A stretch of DNA of 38,925 nucleotides. Source: a bacterium (GTDB taxonomy: Bacteria; Patescibacteriota; Microgenomatia; Levybacterales; UBA12049). A program made the position numbers and the translations under genes. The notes beneath the pieces were generated by a model. That model did no database searches. It saw only the letters and a program-made list of their open reading frames with translations, and was not told the DNA's origin. The stretch covers positions 1-38,925 of the forward strand of contig JAKALN010000004.1 of assembly GCA_021824155.1 (NCBI GenBank), read 5' to 3'. Positions 38,115 through 38,925 of this stretch are shown one piece after another. Position 1 is the stretch's first letter. Each line of letters begins with the position of its first letter.

Positions 38115-38266
38115 TAGACGATAGACGCTTGAAGCTGCCCGCCTGCAACGCTTAATGAGTAGCATCTGCGGGCAGGGATCTTGATACTAGAAGATAGAGG
38201 TTAGATTTCTAACTTCCAGCTTCCAACTTCAATTTCTAATTTCCAGCCTCCACTGTCTATTCTCAA
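38115..38266. repeat. Second copy of the heptamer hairpin element, with a GC-rich palindrome inserted
   Basis: 38188-38266 aligns ungapped to 37418-37496 (63/79 by hand count); ctgcccgc...gcgggcag stem at 38135-38175. Confidence 0.88.
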
Positions 38267-38293
38267 ATGGTTTTGTGTTATACTCTCCACCTA

Positions 38294-38734
38294 ATGGAAA
38301 ACGAACCCCGACAAAGGATGCTTACCGAACGGGAATACACATTATATCTGGCCGCAAAAGATGCAAAAAGGGACAAAATTTTTAAAACTATGTCTATGGT
38401 AAGCAAAACTCTGACCCAAGAGGGAATAACAGCGGGAGCGGAAGTTTTCCCCGGATGGAAAGATGTTAATTGTTATTTTCCATACCACACAAATCCCGGC
38501 AATACGGTTTTGCATGTCCGGTTAAGTCCGGTAGAAGATGACAAGAGAAAACTAACCGTAACAATGAGGGAATTAAACAGCGAAATAATGCTTGACGAAA
38601 GAAAAAGGGTTTCCATTGGAGCCGAAACCCAGTCACAGGTAAGAATAGTTTTAGAACCAACGTTAATCCCCAACAGGTCTTCCTCTTTAATTAAATTATT
38701 AAAAAAAGAGCTTTCAAAGCCTAAGCATTCATGA
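38294..38734 (+). CDS. Hypothetical protein (start moved to ATG 38294)
   Basis: MENEPRQR...; TGtTATACT 9 nt before the ATG. Confidence 0.75.
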   Translation: MENEPRQRMLTEREYTLYLAAKDAKRDKIFKTMSMVSKTLTQEGITAGAEVFPGWKDVNCYFPYHTNPGNTVLHVRLSPVEDDKRKLTVTMRELNSEIMLDERKRVSIGAETQSQVRIVLEPTLIPNRSSSLIKLLKKELSKPKHS

Positions 38735-38762
38735 TTAAGAATTTATGAAAACGAAACATTTA

Positions 38763-38792
38763 TTGAAAATTGAAAACTAAAAATTTAAAATT
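38763..38792. repeat. Heptamer array (TTGAAAA-type) before the HAD gene
   Basis: ttgaaaa ttgaaaa ctaaaaa tttaaaa. Confidence 0.65.
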
Positions 38793-38798
38793 ATAATT

Positions 38799-38925
38799 AT
38801 GATAAAGGTTGTTGCTTTCGATTATGCCGGGGTTGTCGCCGAAGGGCCGATGACCAAATGGATAAGGGAAAATGTTACGCCAACAGGGGAAAAATATTTA
38901 TATTACAAACAAAACGCGCATAAAT
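38799..38925 (+). CDS. HAD-superfamily hydrolase, N-terminal fragment (runs off the window)
   Basis: MIKVVAFDYAGVVAEG resembles HAD motif I (hhhFDxxGV). Confidence 0.8.
   Translation, partial: MIKVVAFDYAGVVAEGPMTKWIRENVTPTGEKYLYYKQNAHK

Overview
Low-GC bacterial chromosome segment. Gene content and style point to Patescibacteria/CPR, probably the Microgenomates group (inference): no fatty-acid genes between rpmF and rnc, no rimM, B2-less PheT, and a type IV pilus locus without a secretin. 1-13.8 kb holds housekeeping genes (thrS-infC-rpmI-rplT, pheS-pheT, class A PBP, tyrS, recG, rpmF-nusB-rnc, rpsP-khpA-trmD). 13.7-27.9 kb (minus strand) is a type IV pilus locus: pilB-pilT-pilC, a probable major pilin, a DUF2723/TMEM260-like glycosyltransferase, pilD, seven further prepilins and pilM-pilN-pilO. 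28-35.4 kb is holB plus a variable island of small orphan ORFs, each with its own promoter, and a low-GC membrane protein + HEPN-motif pair. 35.4-38.9 kb holds gyrB, an AlkA-family glycosylase, an orphan and a partial HAD hydrolase. Structure not explained by the genes: (1) about a dozen 7-nt-periodic, often hairpin-forming repeat elements at gene 5' junctions and inside four pilin leader peptides, with a homologous 79-bp pair flanking alkA; (2) a cassette-like array delimited by an AAAATTTGG(G)TTTTGGAG motif; (3) pervasive leaderless promoters; (4) a 130-nt pilD/pilin overlap containing a T TTT TTA slippery site; (5) a probable pilin O-glycosylation enzyme inside the pilus operon. All calls come from reading the sequence; no database searches were run.
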